DNA of 64,000 nucleotides from Narcine bancroftii (Eukaryota). Every line of letters begins with the position of its first letter. Position 1 is the stretch's first letter. Below, piece after piece: positions 50,990 to 62,940 of the stretch. Made by a program: the position numbers and the translations under genes. The notes under the pieces are model-generated. The model was not told the origin of the DNA. It did no database searches and saw nothing but the letters and a program-made list of their open reading frames with translations. Location: NCBI RefSeq assembly GCF_036971445.1, contig NC_091469.1:377022001-377086000 (forward strand). Reading direction: 5' to 3'.

Positions 50990-51680
50990 TGCCAAATTTG
51001 TCCCAACATCTCCTTCACATTCATCCAGGACCACAAAAGAGACCTCGCAGGTGAGGCAGAGCTTTATCCAACCGAATCTACTTCACTCAGTCGACTCAGT
51101 ATTGCCTCCTCTAGTGAGACCAAATGGAGATTGAGTGACTGCTCCACCAAACACAGGCTATGTGTGGGCTTAAATTCAAACTTCATATAGCCAGCCATTT
51201 CCACCATACTTCCTACAACAACATCTATTTTTGGCTTCATCCATCCACTGTCAAGGCAAGGCCAAACATAAATTTGAGGAAGCTCACATCATAATCCAAC
51301 TGAAGAGTCTTTTATCCAATGACAGTTTTTCTAATTTCAGTTAAATCCCACCCCTATCTGATTCCACTGTTTCCATCTCCTCTTTGCCTACACCTACATC
51401 CAATCTTAATGTTTTCTCTCTCCCCTCTCAACTTTCTTTCCTCTTTCCTTCCTAATGGTTTATCTCACTGCCTATCTCTCCAACTGTCACACTTATCCTA
51501 CCATCTCTGGGCCCATCCCCCAGCTTATTTTTCCCTTAATATACATAATGACATTCACTTCTCTAAAAAGCTTTACAAAGGGCGCAAACTCAAAACATTG
51601 AATATATGGGCGCTGTGACCTGCAGAGTTCTTCCAATAATTCTTTGCTCAAGATTCCAGTATTGGCAGCCTTCGTCATTC
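50990..51680 (+). mobile_element. Penelope-like element remnant
   Basis: Decayed QVRQSF...ETKWRLSD GIY-YIG region plus pLTR-like gctgtgacctgcagagttcttcc. Confidence 0.5.
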
Positions 51681-51845
51681 TCTAGGGACCACTAAGATAC
51701 TGCCAATTGATGACTGACATACTTTCATGCATTAATATATTAAATCATCCACCTTTCACATCTTAAATGGGACATGATATTTAAAGAAAATGCAAATCAA
51801 ACGGGTGTGATGAAATAAACAAGGTTGAAGTTGGTTAATTCTCAC

Positions 51846-51957
51846 CCATCTCTTCCTTTGCTGACTATCTTTGCCTCAAAGTAATAAATTCCACATGCAG
51901 CAGGAATGGGAAATGTTGCTCGGACTGAAGCTGCATCTTTTGGCGTCTTGCCATGAC
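51846..51957 (-). CDS. RANBP9: RANBP9 coding exon 2 ([37 protein letters not shown])
   Basis: ttcag acceptor, GG|GTGAG donor, 112 bp, phase matches exons 1 and 3. HGKTPKD is the RANBP9 variant. Not present in the ORF track. Confidence 0.95.
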
Positions 51958-53039
51958 CTGAAGGCACACAAGTAGAGGGAAAAATACAGTTAATAACATT
52001 TTATCAAAAGTACTAATAGATGTAACAAAAGATCAAGTCAACGGATGGGAACTTTGATGGTACATGCTTCAAAGGAATTAAATATTATGGCTGATTGTTT
52101 CCTATGCTTCATTTCCCTTATCCAAATTACTCCAAAATTAACTGAGATCCAAAAAAGCACTGAAAAGAAAATCAAGTTCATTCAATTTCCAAAATGATAA
52201 ATCAACAGTTAAAAGGAGGTAAATGAATAGTCCTGGAGCAAACTGGGTTGAGTTAAGCAGCTTAGAGCAATAGGAGAAGTCTACTTGTGGACTGCATCTG
52301 GATAACTTGAGATTTGCTCTTCAGAACTATCAACAAGAAATTAGGGATATGTCATAACATACAAATGGATTATTACTTGAAGAGTCAAATTATCAAAATA
52401 CAGAAGCAACTATCACGCATGCAGACAATTTATTTCAGATAAAGGCAGTCATTTGCCAAGCGAGAATGTTTTAAATGCTGTGAATGGCATGTTCACAGAC
52501 CCCACAATTGAAAGCAGGTTCAATTCTAAATAAGAAAAGCCACCAAAAATCAACAATAGTGAATGGATTCTCACCAGGTAGTGATAGGGAGGCACTTTGG
52601 GAGAGTCGCCACAGTGATAAAGAGTACTGGCCGACTCTTCACCCTGGGCGCTGCCATTTTATGCAAACACAACTTTATTGAAACTTTTTTCAAACAGCTG
52701 CTGCAGGCAGGGGATGACCGGGGTGCCCCGCTGGCTGAATGTTGGCTTCCGAGAGGTTGTGTATTGCTTCAGAGAACATTTAGTTTTACAATTTTAAACT
52801 TTTATTTAAAACTATTTTTATTTATTTTTAGAAAATTATTTATTTCCTTTTTTTGCCAGTTGCTTGAATTTCCAGTTAATTGAAGCCGGATAATAGTGAT
52901 TTCACTGCATGATGCAATGAATAGAGTAGCAGTTTTGTTTGGACTTCATTTCAAAGAACACAAAGCTGCTCAAGAGAATACTATAATCTGCATTCTACTT
53001 GGATTTCACAGGAAATTTCTTGCATTCAGACTGAGTTTT

Positions 53040-53560
53040 ACAGAACACTCATCTATTCCATTGGGCCATGTTTGGCCTATATCCCTCTGAACCTTTCCTA
53101 TCCATGTAGCAGTCTTAAAATCTTTACAATGTTACAACTGTTACCACTTACTCTGGCAGCTTGTTCCATATAACCACCACACTGAGTAGAGAAAAAAAAT
53201 AAGCCCCTCAGGACCCTTTCAAATCTTTCCCCTCAAATTAAATCTATACCCTCTAATGTGATTCTATTCTTTTCTACGTGCCTTATGATTTTATAACCCT
53301 CTACAAAATTCCTACGCTCCAGGGAGAAAAATCCCAGCCTCTCTCGCCTTTCCTAGTCATGCAAACCCACCAGATGCGCCAGCATTCTCAGGAATCTTTA
53401 TCCTACATTCTCACCAGCTTAATAGTTTTTTTCCTACAGCTGGGTGACCAGAACTGTGCACAATATTCCATGTATGCTCTCACAGTCATCCTGTACAACT
53501 GTAACATAACATCCCTCCCCCTGCACTCAATGCCATGACTAATGAAAGCAAGTGCATCCA
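53040..53560 (-). mobile_element. CR1 3' fragment
   Basis: Reverse complement of CR1 C-terminal sequence (gaccagaactgtgcacaatattcca). Confidence 0.6.
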
Positions 53561-53574
53561 AACACCTTAATTAA

Positions 53575-53817
53575 AAAAAAATTAGACATACAGCACAGTA
53601 ACAAGCCTTTTCAGCCCACAAGCACATGCCGCTCAATTACACCCAACTAATCTGCAACCCCGATACATTTTGAATGGTGGGAAGAAACAGGAGTATCCAG
53701 AGGAAACCCAAACAGACACGGTCAGAGCATACAAACTCCTGACGGTCCATGCCAGATTCAAACCCCAGCTGCTGGTGTAACAGCATTGCACTAACCGCTA
53801 CGCTAACTGTTTGCCCG
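53575..53817 (-). mobile_element. tRNA-derived SINE
   Basis: Same family as the copies at 7055 and 14601 (cattgcactaaccgctacgctaactgt). Confidence 0.65.
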
Positions 53818-54648
53818 ACTTTCTACTTCCACAAAATCACGCACCGTGAAGACTCCGCATGAATTGATCTCTAGAAATATTTAATGTATTTGGAGAAAAG
53901 CAGCAAAACAAGGGAACATACAATAAAGGGAATTTATTACGTGCTCAGGTGGAAGATTCTTGTGTATACCAGGGTGGATCAATAAGGTGATTTAAAAACC
54001 ACCTTATTGACCCACCCTGCTATATTCATGCCCAAGGCATGAACTATCATTAACTGAAAGGTAATGTTTGAGATGATGCAGAGAAGATTTATAAAGGTGT
54101 TGCCAAGACTGGAAAATGACAGCTATGGATAAGCTTTTTTTTGTAAATGGAACACAATGAGGAGACACTTAATTGAGGGGTACAAAATTTTGGGAAAAGG
54201 AATCAAAATTCAGAGAACACAAATTTAAAGCTGGATCTGGAGCAAACAATGAGCTGCTGGAGGAGCTCAGTGGGCCAGGCAGCATCCACAGATATAAACT
54301 GTCAGCCAGTATTTTGGGTCGGGATTCTTCATTGAAACTAAAGTGGAAATAGGCGCAAGCAACTATATCAAGGGTTGGAAGAAGTTTGGGAGGGGTTAAG
54401 AGATGATTGCGTAATGGACAGAAGATGGAAGTCATGAAGAAATAAGTTGAAGAGAGCTCTCCCCAGTTTCATCCACCTCTTAACATAGTTGATATATTTC
54501 CTTCCCAAAACAGTGACTGTAATTGATGGAAAAAACTAGAAAGGAGGCAATTTGTTTTATTACCCAATGTATAACATGGTTTGGAGTACAATGCCTGAAA
54601 GGATGATGGAAGCAGAATTACTTGAAAGATTCATAAATGATATTAATT

Positions 54649-54716
54649 CGGTGCGGACTAGAAGGGCCTAATGGCCTGTTTCCGTGCTGTAAATTGTTAT
54701 GTTATGTTATGTTATG
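54649..54716 (+). mobile_element. Very short CR1 3' tip with (GTTAT)n tail
   Basis: tagaagggcctaatggcctgtttccgtgctgta CR1 terminal motif followed by four GTTAT units. Confidence 0.65.
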
Positions 54717-55289
54717 AAATATGTTAAACTAAAATAGTTGACCTTGTGTAGGACAGCACAACTACAGTTAGTGCTGCTCCAGTGATCTTGGTCAATCCTG
54801 ACCCCTTTTTACAATCTACATGGAGTTTGCATGTTTTCTCAACCACCTGGGTCCTCTAGTTTTCCCCACAAAGATTTACTGGTTCATGAGTACATTGGTT
54901 TTTAAAAGTCTTCCCTAACAAGGGTGATTGTTTGAAGAATCAGATAATAGTTGAACATGTGAGAGAGAATAGATTACAGGTAAACAGTGGGGAAATTGAA
55001 TTGATGGGTTTGCCCAAGGGCAAGCATTCACTTACCAGGTCATTTGTCAAGGAAATATGAAAAAAAGCTTGGGATAAAAGTATGGTACAAGAATGATGAA
55101 ATGCAGCAATTTTGATGAGTGGTGACTCATGATCCCCAATAGCCTAAATTTACCTTTCCAGGATTTTTAAAAAAAATACCAACCAGTCTTGTTCAGAAGT
55201 TCCAGAATTTTCTCATGATTTTTCCATCTCATCAGGATTATGAGCTTTTTGAACCATTCCCCAAAATCAGTAATTAATGTGAAATTATG

Positions 55290-56987
55290 GGTTGTGATCG
55301 CAGAGAAATCCTGTACATGGGGAACTGGGTAGTGATCTGCTGCAGTGTTCAGATATCGATAGTCCCCACAAGGACTCCACCCTCCAAAAGCCTTAGGTAC
55401 CATAGAGAGCGGCAACACCCAAGGGCTGTCGTAGCTGCGAACAATTCCCATTTCCGGCATGCATCAGAATTTGTCTTTAGCCGACTACAGTTTATCCGGA
55501 GGCAGCCTGCACGCTCGTGCATGCAGGGGACATCCATCAGTCAAAATGTGGTGTTGTGCTCCATGTTTCGTTAGGCCATCAGGAACCGTGGAGTAATAAT
55601 GCTGGGGAATTCCACTTGGATCCTGGTTTATTCATTATCCAAGAGCATCACTGAGTCAAGGTGAGGTGCAGACAACACCATTGGGTGCAAGGCAAAGGAC
55701 TCAAAAGTCTTTGAATTAACTAGGTGGTGACCTTTGAGATCTACAAGAAGGCAGTGTGCTCATAAAACAATCAGCTCCCAGGAACAACTGTGATATATCA
55801 GCAATGATGAAGGACCAGCTGAACAGCAATGAGCTGGAATTGAGTGGAATTGTCCATAACCCGGATGCTGTTGTTGGTAGCCATGAGGGGGAAAGTCCTT
55901 CTTTCCTGAATATGCATCTGGGCCGGGTGGGGAGGTGAAAAAGAGAGCACACTAACCTCTGCCCCATTGTCAGCCATAAACCAGCGGCCTGAGTGTCAAT
56001 CCCAGAGGAAAAGGAGGTTATCCTTGTGGCTGGCCATTGTAACCACTACCAACAGCTAGCCTTGGTGTTTCCCAGATTTATGAGGGGGGGGGGGATATAG
56101 CAGTGGCAGGCTGCAGCTCCCCATCTTTGATAGTAACACCACCACTGCTCTCCGTTTCTGCTGTGTCCAGCCAAGTCTGACGTTGCACCACTATCTGGAG
56201 TGGGCAGGGGTTGTCCCCTTCGCTGAGGCACCATTACACATCCAAATAAAAGTCCTCCATGCTGCTTAGCATGCCAAAATTAATCAGCACAGGCTGCTAG
56301 ACAACAGGGAGAAATCACTAAAGTTGTCATCTGCAAACAGCAAAAAGATGTCTTCTGGCATTTGCACTAGAAAAAGCTACTCAAAAAGCAGACAGGGCCT
56401 GTATCCATCCATGAGTACCAGCATCTCGTTCATTAGTTCGAAAGGAGTGCGGTCACCCAGGCTGTCCGTATAGAGAAGTTGTGCTGCCCTGTTGCATCAA
56501 GAAAGGCCAAAAGTACATATGAACAGGTCTTTGATTGCTGGAATCTGGCATAAGTAATTGACAATATGCCCTGCAGTGTCTTAGACCAGCAATGCCATGA
56601 CATAGTAGTTATTCGTTGTGTAAGTGGTAATCTTGCACAGATGGAACTGGGCCTTGGCCTGCTTGAACCAGAAGTTTGAGTGCAACAGCGTTCTGCGCAT
56701 CCATTGTGACGTCCAAATTGTCGTTTGGACCATCTGGGTCACCAAAGTGGTGGGTCACCGCTGTAGCAGGTGGTGAAGCATCAAACAACAAGACACTATG
56801 AGCTGATGAGCTGTCTAGTTTAATGGCATTCTTATAGTCGTTTAAAATATCTGAGATTCATGCACTTCCCGCATCACATGACTCCCAGAAATGACACGGC
56901 TCTCAGAACCCTTAGCGTCATTAATCCCCTGGAAACACCCAGGATTCTGAAGCTCCGGTGAGGTAAGTAGTGGCATGGTCTGCCACA
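55290..56987 (-). mobile_element. Gypsy copy 4 (CsRn1 clade), 3'-truncated and heavily decayed
   Basis: LTR about 56746-56987; PBS TGGTGACCC; gag remnants with CYYQRWG; RT start SPWVLPLSMVPK..GGWSPCGDYR..YPVPHVQDF, then truncation. Confidence 0.85.
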
Positions 56988-59534
56988 GGAAACTTTTAAA
57001 TGGATCTGCAAAATTTTGCTTTTGTATTAGTATCTAAAAGTTGGATACAGTACAGAAATTTGTTACCAAAATGCACAATGGGCCATTTTTATTAGCACTT
57101 ATAAGTGAATCATTCCTGTTACCACAATACCCTCGCAGTGGGCCACTGGAGCAATGGTTTGTGTGAGTGCCAAGTGATTTTTCTTACCACAAAAACAATG
57201 CAAACTACATGTGCAATGTTGAATTAAACCAAGGGAGAGAAGCTATTTGCTGTAGCAAAACTGAAATAACCTTAATTACATACAAAAAGTACTAAAAAGT
57301 ACATTCTATTTCTTTGCAAGGTCAATGAGATTTTTGCAAGATGTGCTCATTTTCATCCCTTTTGTTAACCACACAGACAGTTGCTCACGTTTGCCACAAA
57401 TGTAAATGCTAATATACTAACATTTTAACATTGTTAAGTGACAAATATGAACACTAAATATTTGTGATTTTGAATCATGAGGTTATTATTGTCCAATAAT
57501 AGGCTTTAACGTTTTGTAGGTCATGTCTCAATTCTTCTGTCAAAACTTTAACTTGCAATGTATTGTACTATTGCAATGACCAAGGAATGTGGGTTGAATC
57601 CAGATCATTGCCAGCTGGCTGTTCTGAATGGAACTGCTGATGTTTAGGGATTCCGAGCTCATTTCAGGTTTACACTCAACAAAATGGGGAAGTCCAAAAT
57701 GACCCAATACTTTTAGATGCTGCTGAACTCTAATGTACTTCACATTTGGCCTTCAACAGGGTGCCAGGTTCATCTGACCTACAAATGAAAATACCATTTA
57801 TTTGAATAGAGTCACCAAGCCTAAGAGAAGGAATAAGAGCAGAAGTGCTTGAATTATTTATTATACTATTAATTGTTAGTAGTTTGCTGTGTTAAAAAAA
57901 TTCAGAGTTAATTGAAGAGTTTTTTAAAAAAAAATACATTTCCAAACAAGACATTCCAAGGTGAGGCTTCAGGGAAACACTGCCTAAGTCATTTCTTGGA
58001 GGCTGCTCTGCCTAATGAGAACCTCTTGGTATTTTTTTTTAAATCCTGGAAAGGTAGATTTAGGCTATTGGGCATAATGAGCAGCAGATCTCATCTGCCA
58101 ACTAGGCTCATCAAGAAACAGTCCAATGCTATAAGAAAATACATGTCATCCAAACACAAAAATAGGTTGACGGGATTCCTTATCCAAAATGCAAGAAGTT
58201 TAACTTCGAAGAAAATATTGCTGGATCAATGAATGGAAAACCAACAGCACCAAAAAGAGTAGAAACAATCAGAACAAAGAACAATTTAAAATCAAAGGCC
58301 CAAGAAAGCTAAAAAGACCAAAATTAATTTTATGAAAATGGAAATAGTTTTGGGGAAAGCTAAATAAAATTCTCAGGAGATAACATTGAACTTGAAACAA
58401 CAACAGGAGAAACACTAAAACTGACTCAAAATGTACATAATGTAATAGATTCTACAATTTCAAAAATGATAAAAATAATTTGGGTGGCACAGTTAGAGGT
58501 TCGATTCCGATTCTGTCTGTAAGGAGTTTGTATATTCTCTGCATAGGTTTCCTCCCACCCTTCAAAACATACTGGGATTGTAAGTCAATTGGGTAATTGG
58601 GCAGCACGACCTCACGGGCCTGTTACAGTGCTGTATGTCTAAATTAAAAATTGAATTAATTATTCTGTTGTTTAATTTAAAGTTTAAAGTTCAAATCAGA
58701 ATGGTACAGCTATTTTGTTTTAGAAGGCAAAAGATCATTTAGAGCTCACTATTTGACCAATTTTATCAAATCCTTAAAGTAATTTTAAGTGTCGGTAAGA
58801 GTAATGAAATAAATGTAATAAATCTTCATATTCTAAAGCTCCCTATTACTAACATCAGTGAAGTTAGGGACAAGTAGTAGAGTGGATATAGAACAGAAGT
58901 CACCAGGAGTTAAGAATAGCAATGGAGATGGGTATGTATTGTCCCATGCCTTCCAAGTGAATGAATAACAAAATTATTGAATATCTTACAAAAAGTAAAT
59001 TCTGCATTCTTCTCTCAAAGAACATTCTATTAAAAACTTTTGGCGTATAGAGTTACAACAATAACATGCTTTTCAATAGCAGTTTCTGCAGAAATGATCA
59101 TTCACATTTTATTTATGGACCCAGTAAGAAAATCGCTGGGAATTTGGTAGATTCCTCACATTGCAGCAACTTTCCTTCTAATTGACAGGGTTCATTTCTC
59201 AAACAAAGAATAAACTGAAAGAGACCCATTTAAATTTGTTTATCTATTAAGTTGTTAAATTTCATTTTGTGATTTTCTCCTTGCTTCTCCACAATTGTAA
59301 CTAAGAATACTCAAATACCTTGTGCAATTTCTCTTTCCATCAACCACCACAACCCCCCCCCCACCCCTGAGATTAATGAAGTCACAATGGGAGGAATACA
59401 CCATGGAAACAAGCTCTTCAGACCACCGGCCCCATGTCAAACATCAACCACCGATTTATGATCATCCATTTTTTTTTTTAAATTATCCTACTTTCTCAGC
59501 AATTTTCTTCCCCCCCCACTTGATTCCATCACAT

Positions 59535-59722
59535 TAGGGGTAATTTACAATGGCCAATTACTGTAGCAATCTGCACATTTTTGGATTGTGGGAGGAAAAA
59601 GGAAACATCCAGAAGAAATCCATGCAGTCACAGGAAGAACATGCAAACTTCATCTCAACAGGACACGATTGAATCCAGGTCTCTGGCACAGTGAATGCAG
59701 GTGTTTTATTTGCTGCACCCAG
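59535..59722 (-). mobile_element. Old SINE copy
   Basis: taggggtaatttacaatggccaatta...gtgggaggaaa...gcagtcacaggaagaacatgcaaact SINE body. Confidence 0.55.
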
Positions 59723-59839
59723 GTATCAATGGTTCAGATGAGGAAAATCTCTCCCAAAATGTTAACAGCCCAGTACAATAATCCAGGCCAACAGATAAAC
59801 AAATTATTAGCAGTGGTCCTATATTTTGAATTACCAAAC

Positions 59840-60110
59840 ATGGTGGTGTATATTGGGACTGGGTGTACAAGACAACCCCAAGTCTGCCACTTACTGCTCA
59901 GAGGCTACTGCCCCAATAGTCCCTAACCAGGTTCATAGGTGTTTCATCTATGTTTCTGATGTTGCTTAATAGATAATTGTGTTTCTTATGTTGTAGCATT
60001 ACTTGGTGATGGAAATTACTAATTTTAACATCAATATCTGCTGGTAATTTCTGCCTCAGTACTAGATCACTTCTTTTCATAAGATGACTACATCATGAAG
60101 CAGTGATTTT
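59840..60110 (-). mobile_element. pogo/Tigger transposase fragment
   Basis: LVLRQKLP...NYLLSNIRNIDETPM resembles the pogo DDE first-aspartate motif. Confidence 0.55.
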
Positions 60111-62179
60111 AAAGTTTGTCTTTAAACCACTTAAATAAATATTTGAAACTCATTTCTTGATACAACTTATCTATTTTGACACTGACCATGTATGAGACAT
60201 GCTTCTTATACGCTGACATATATGGTAAACTACTTACATTACTACCCTTTGTCAATAGTTTACAGCAATGGTTCCTGACCTTTTTTCCTCAACCATGAAC
60301 CAAAGTATTCCTTTACTTACTGCAGACTGGGTAGGGGTTTGGAAATGGTGTCCCTGAGCCCTTTCCCTGACCATCAATGGATTTTTATTTGGTGGGAAAG
60401 TTGCGAATTTTTGTTTAGGTCATCAAATTTACAACTTTGCTTTTCATATTGTTATTTATATCAGTCATATTCATCTTCACTGCATCATCTATAACAATCA
60501 CAGGGAGCACCAGCGGTCTGCAGAACAGAGACTGAGAAATATTACTTTAAGCTAATGTTAAAAGTTTCATGATACCTGTTCCCCACTGTGTTTTACCAGA
60601 CAGCAAATTAAGCTTAATGCAGTTCCTCCAGAATTGTATTTCCAGTGTTTTATGCAAATTATATTATGGAAAAATACAAACATTCAGTATTATTTAGTAC
60701 CTTCAATGCGCCAATCATGGACTGGACTCAGAACCAACAGATAAATTATTCCATTCACTGAATAATTTAATTGGTAAACAAAACTAGTGCTTTGGTATCA
60801 TTCTGCAGAATGAAACATTTTGCACTCAAGTGACATCACTGAGTAGTGATATCTCAAATGAAGATGGAGATAATATTACACTGATATCCAAGTACACAGA
60901 GCAGGGAGACCATAAGAAATATTTGTAAAGAACTTGAATTCATCATTATATTTGTGCACAGTAGATGAAATAATTTAAAATCTTATAACATGGCAGAAAA
61001 CTGCAAGTCATACATTTCCAACAAGGTCAGGCCTTGCCCGCTTTGATCCAATTTTTCCATTGCTAAAAAGTTCTTTCACCTATTGTACATATTTTACTAT
61101 GCAATGAAATGACTCTCATGCCAAACAAAACATGAAAATTGTCAACATTGAAAAAATAGGATGATAATTACTCAAGACATAATAAAAAAGGCAAATATTA
61201 ATTTCCAGTTTAACTAGGATTTTTTTTTAATTATCAGCAGAAAATTTTATAAAAATAAGGATACTTAATGTTGTGCCAGTTAATCTCTTCCCTGCAACAC
61301 TACTGCTAAATTCCAAAATTATGCATACACAAATCTTAAACCTCAAGAAAAACAAAATGAATGGATAATTTCAATAATCTTGCAATTTTTTTTGTATCTT
61401 TGGAGACATGAGGGTAACTCATAAAACTGCACGTATAATCTTTATTTTGAAACAATACAATTTTGTCCCTTTCTCCATTTCAATGCACCTATTCCTTCTC
61501 GTAGGTAGGAAAGCATTCTTGGTTGTTAGATTATATGCTGGTCTTGCATTATCTTAGTACACGTCCACTAAGAAACTATTATCTAAACTCCTTATTCAAG
61601 GTAAACGGATATCCAGTGAAATCAGTGAAACCTAAGGCTCCTCATTTACCTCCAAAGAAAGATTCCTGGTGTAACTCATTACAACACCTGATTCCTAACT
61701 AACCACTGACACATCTAACTGATGTACGGTAGTTTTGTTTAAATTACTCTAGCAATCTGCACATTTTTGGATTGTGGGAGGAAAAAGGAAACATCCAGAA
61801 GAAATCTATGCAGTCACAGGAAGAACATGCAAACTTCATCTCAACAACAAATTCTTTCACCCATCCCTTTGCCACAGTAAAAAAAATCCAATTTACTTCA
61901 AAAGTTTGTTAATGACCAACTTGGGCAAGAAAGTGCCTCCACTCTCAAATCGTTCAAAAAGTTAGAGCAATTCACTTCAGTGATCTCTTGTGCTTTTAAC
62001 TTTTGTTTAAAAATGCTGTTCGTGCAAGGGTCGTCTAGGTGCTTATCTAGATAGCATCTTTCTCCAAGAAGTGACTTTGTAAATGCCCATTATTGCTTAC
62101 AATAAATATGCCAACTCCCTCCACAGCCCTTGGCCCAGATATGTCAGGACAGGCCTGGCCTTTCTCGCTGTCACCCAGC

Positions 62180-62940
62180 CTAGTGTTCGCGTCCGACCGC
62201 TTGCTCGCTACACCAAACAGCGAGAGAAAGGGCAGGACGCTTGACTCCAGCCCCGGCCCTGTTACCCCCATGGCCTGTTGCTGACTGTTAACGATGTGGG
62301 ACCAGCGCACTGTCCAGCAACCGGTCTCGGTCGGCGTGACACCCTTGGCCAAGCTCGGTCCCTCCCCTCGGCGGCCGTGGCCCCGGATCCTCCGCTTTAC
62401 CTTTGTAGTGGACCCGCAGGTTGTTCTGAGACAGGCCGATGTAGCTGTACTTGTCCTTCGGACTCCAGCACCTCGGCAACGGCGTCTCCTGCTCGTCGAC
62501 GGCCGGGTAAAGCCGCTTGAAGCGTTCCGCCAGTTCCTTCTCCTGCGGATTGAAGGCCGACTCCCCGTGCGCCGCCGCCGACAGCCCGGCCATGACTGCG
62601 GGCTGTGAGGGATAGGAAAGGCCGAGGCCAGAGCCTGAGTGCCGGGCTTGACTGATCCGAAGCCGGGAAACCCGCAACGGCTGCCGCAAAGCCCGAGTGG
62701 ACACGGCCGAACCTCCCTCACCCGACGCTCGCTTCTGTCCGCCGAAGCCGAGCTGCCGTTACTGCATCCGACGCCCGCCCGCTCTCCTCATTGGCTGCCC
62801 GCTTTCCCCGCAGCCAGCACGACCGCAGCGCGGGGCCAGGGGGCGGGGCAAAGGGTGAAGGGGCGGGGATTGGGCTGAGGGGGGCAGGGGCGGGGGCAAG
62901 GCGGGGGCGGGGCCTGGGCCTTCCAGGAGCTAGAGATCGT
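62180..62940 (-). promoter_or_regulatory. CpG island and TATA-less promoter of RANBP9
   Basis: Sharp rise in GC and CpG content over exon 1; several GGGGCGGGG GC boxes at about 62839-62912; CCAAT boxes on the minus strand (attgg at about 62790 and 62870). Confidence 0.8.
62401..62593 (-). CDS. RANBP9: RANBP9 coding exon 1 ([65 protein letters not shown])
   Basis: ATG in good Kozak context (gcagtcATGg) and donor AAG|GTAAAG. The peptide matches the pre-SPRY region of RANBP9 ([10 protein letters not shown] and LSQNNLRV are RANBP9-type, not RANBP10-type). Lies in a CpG island. Confidence 0.93.
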
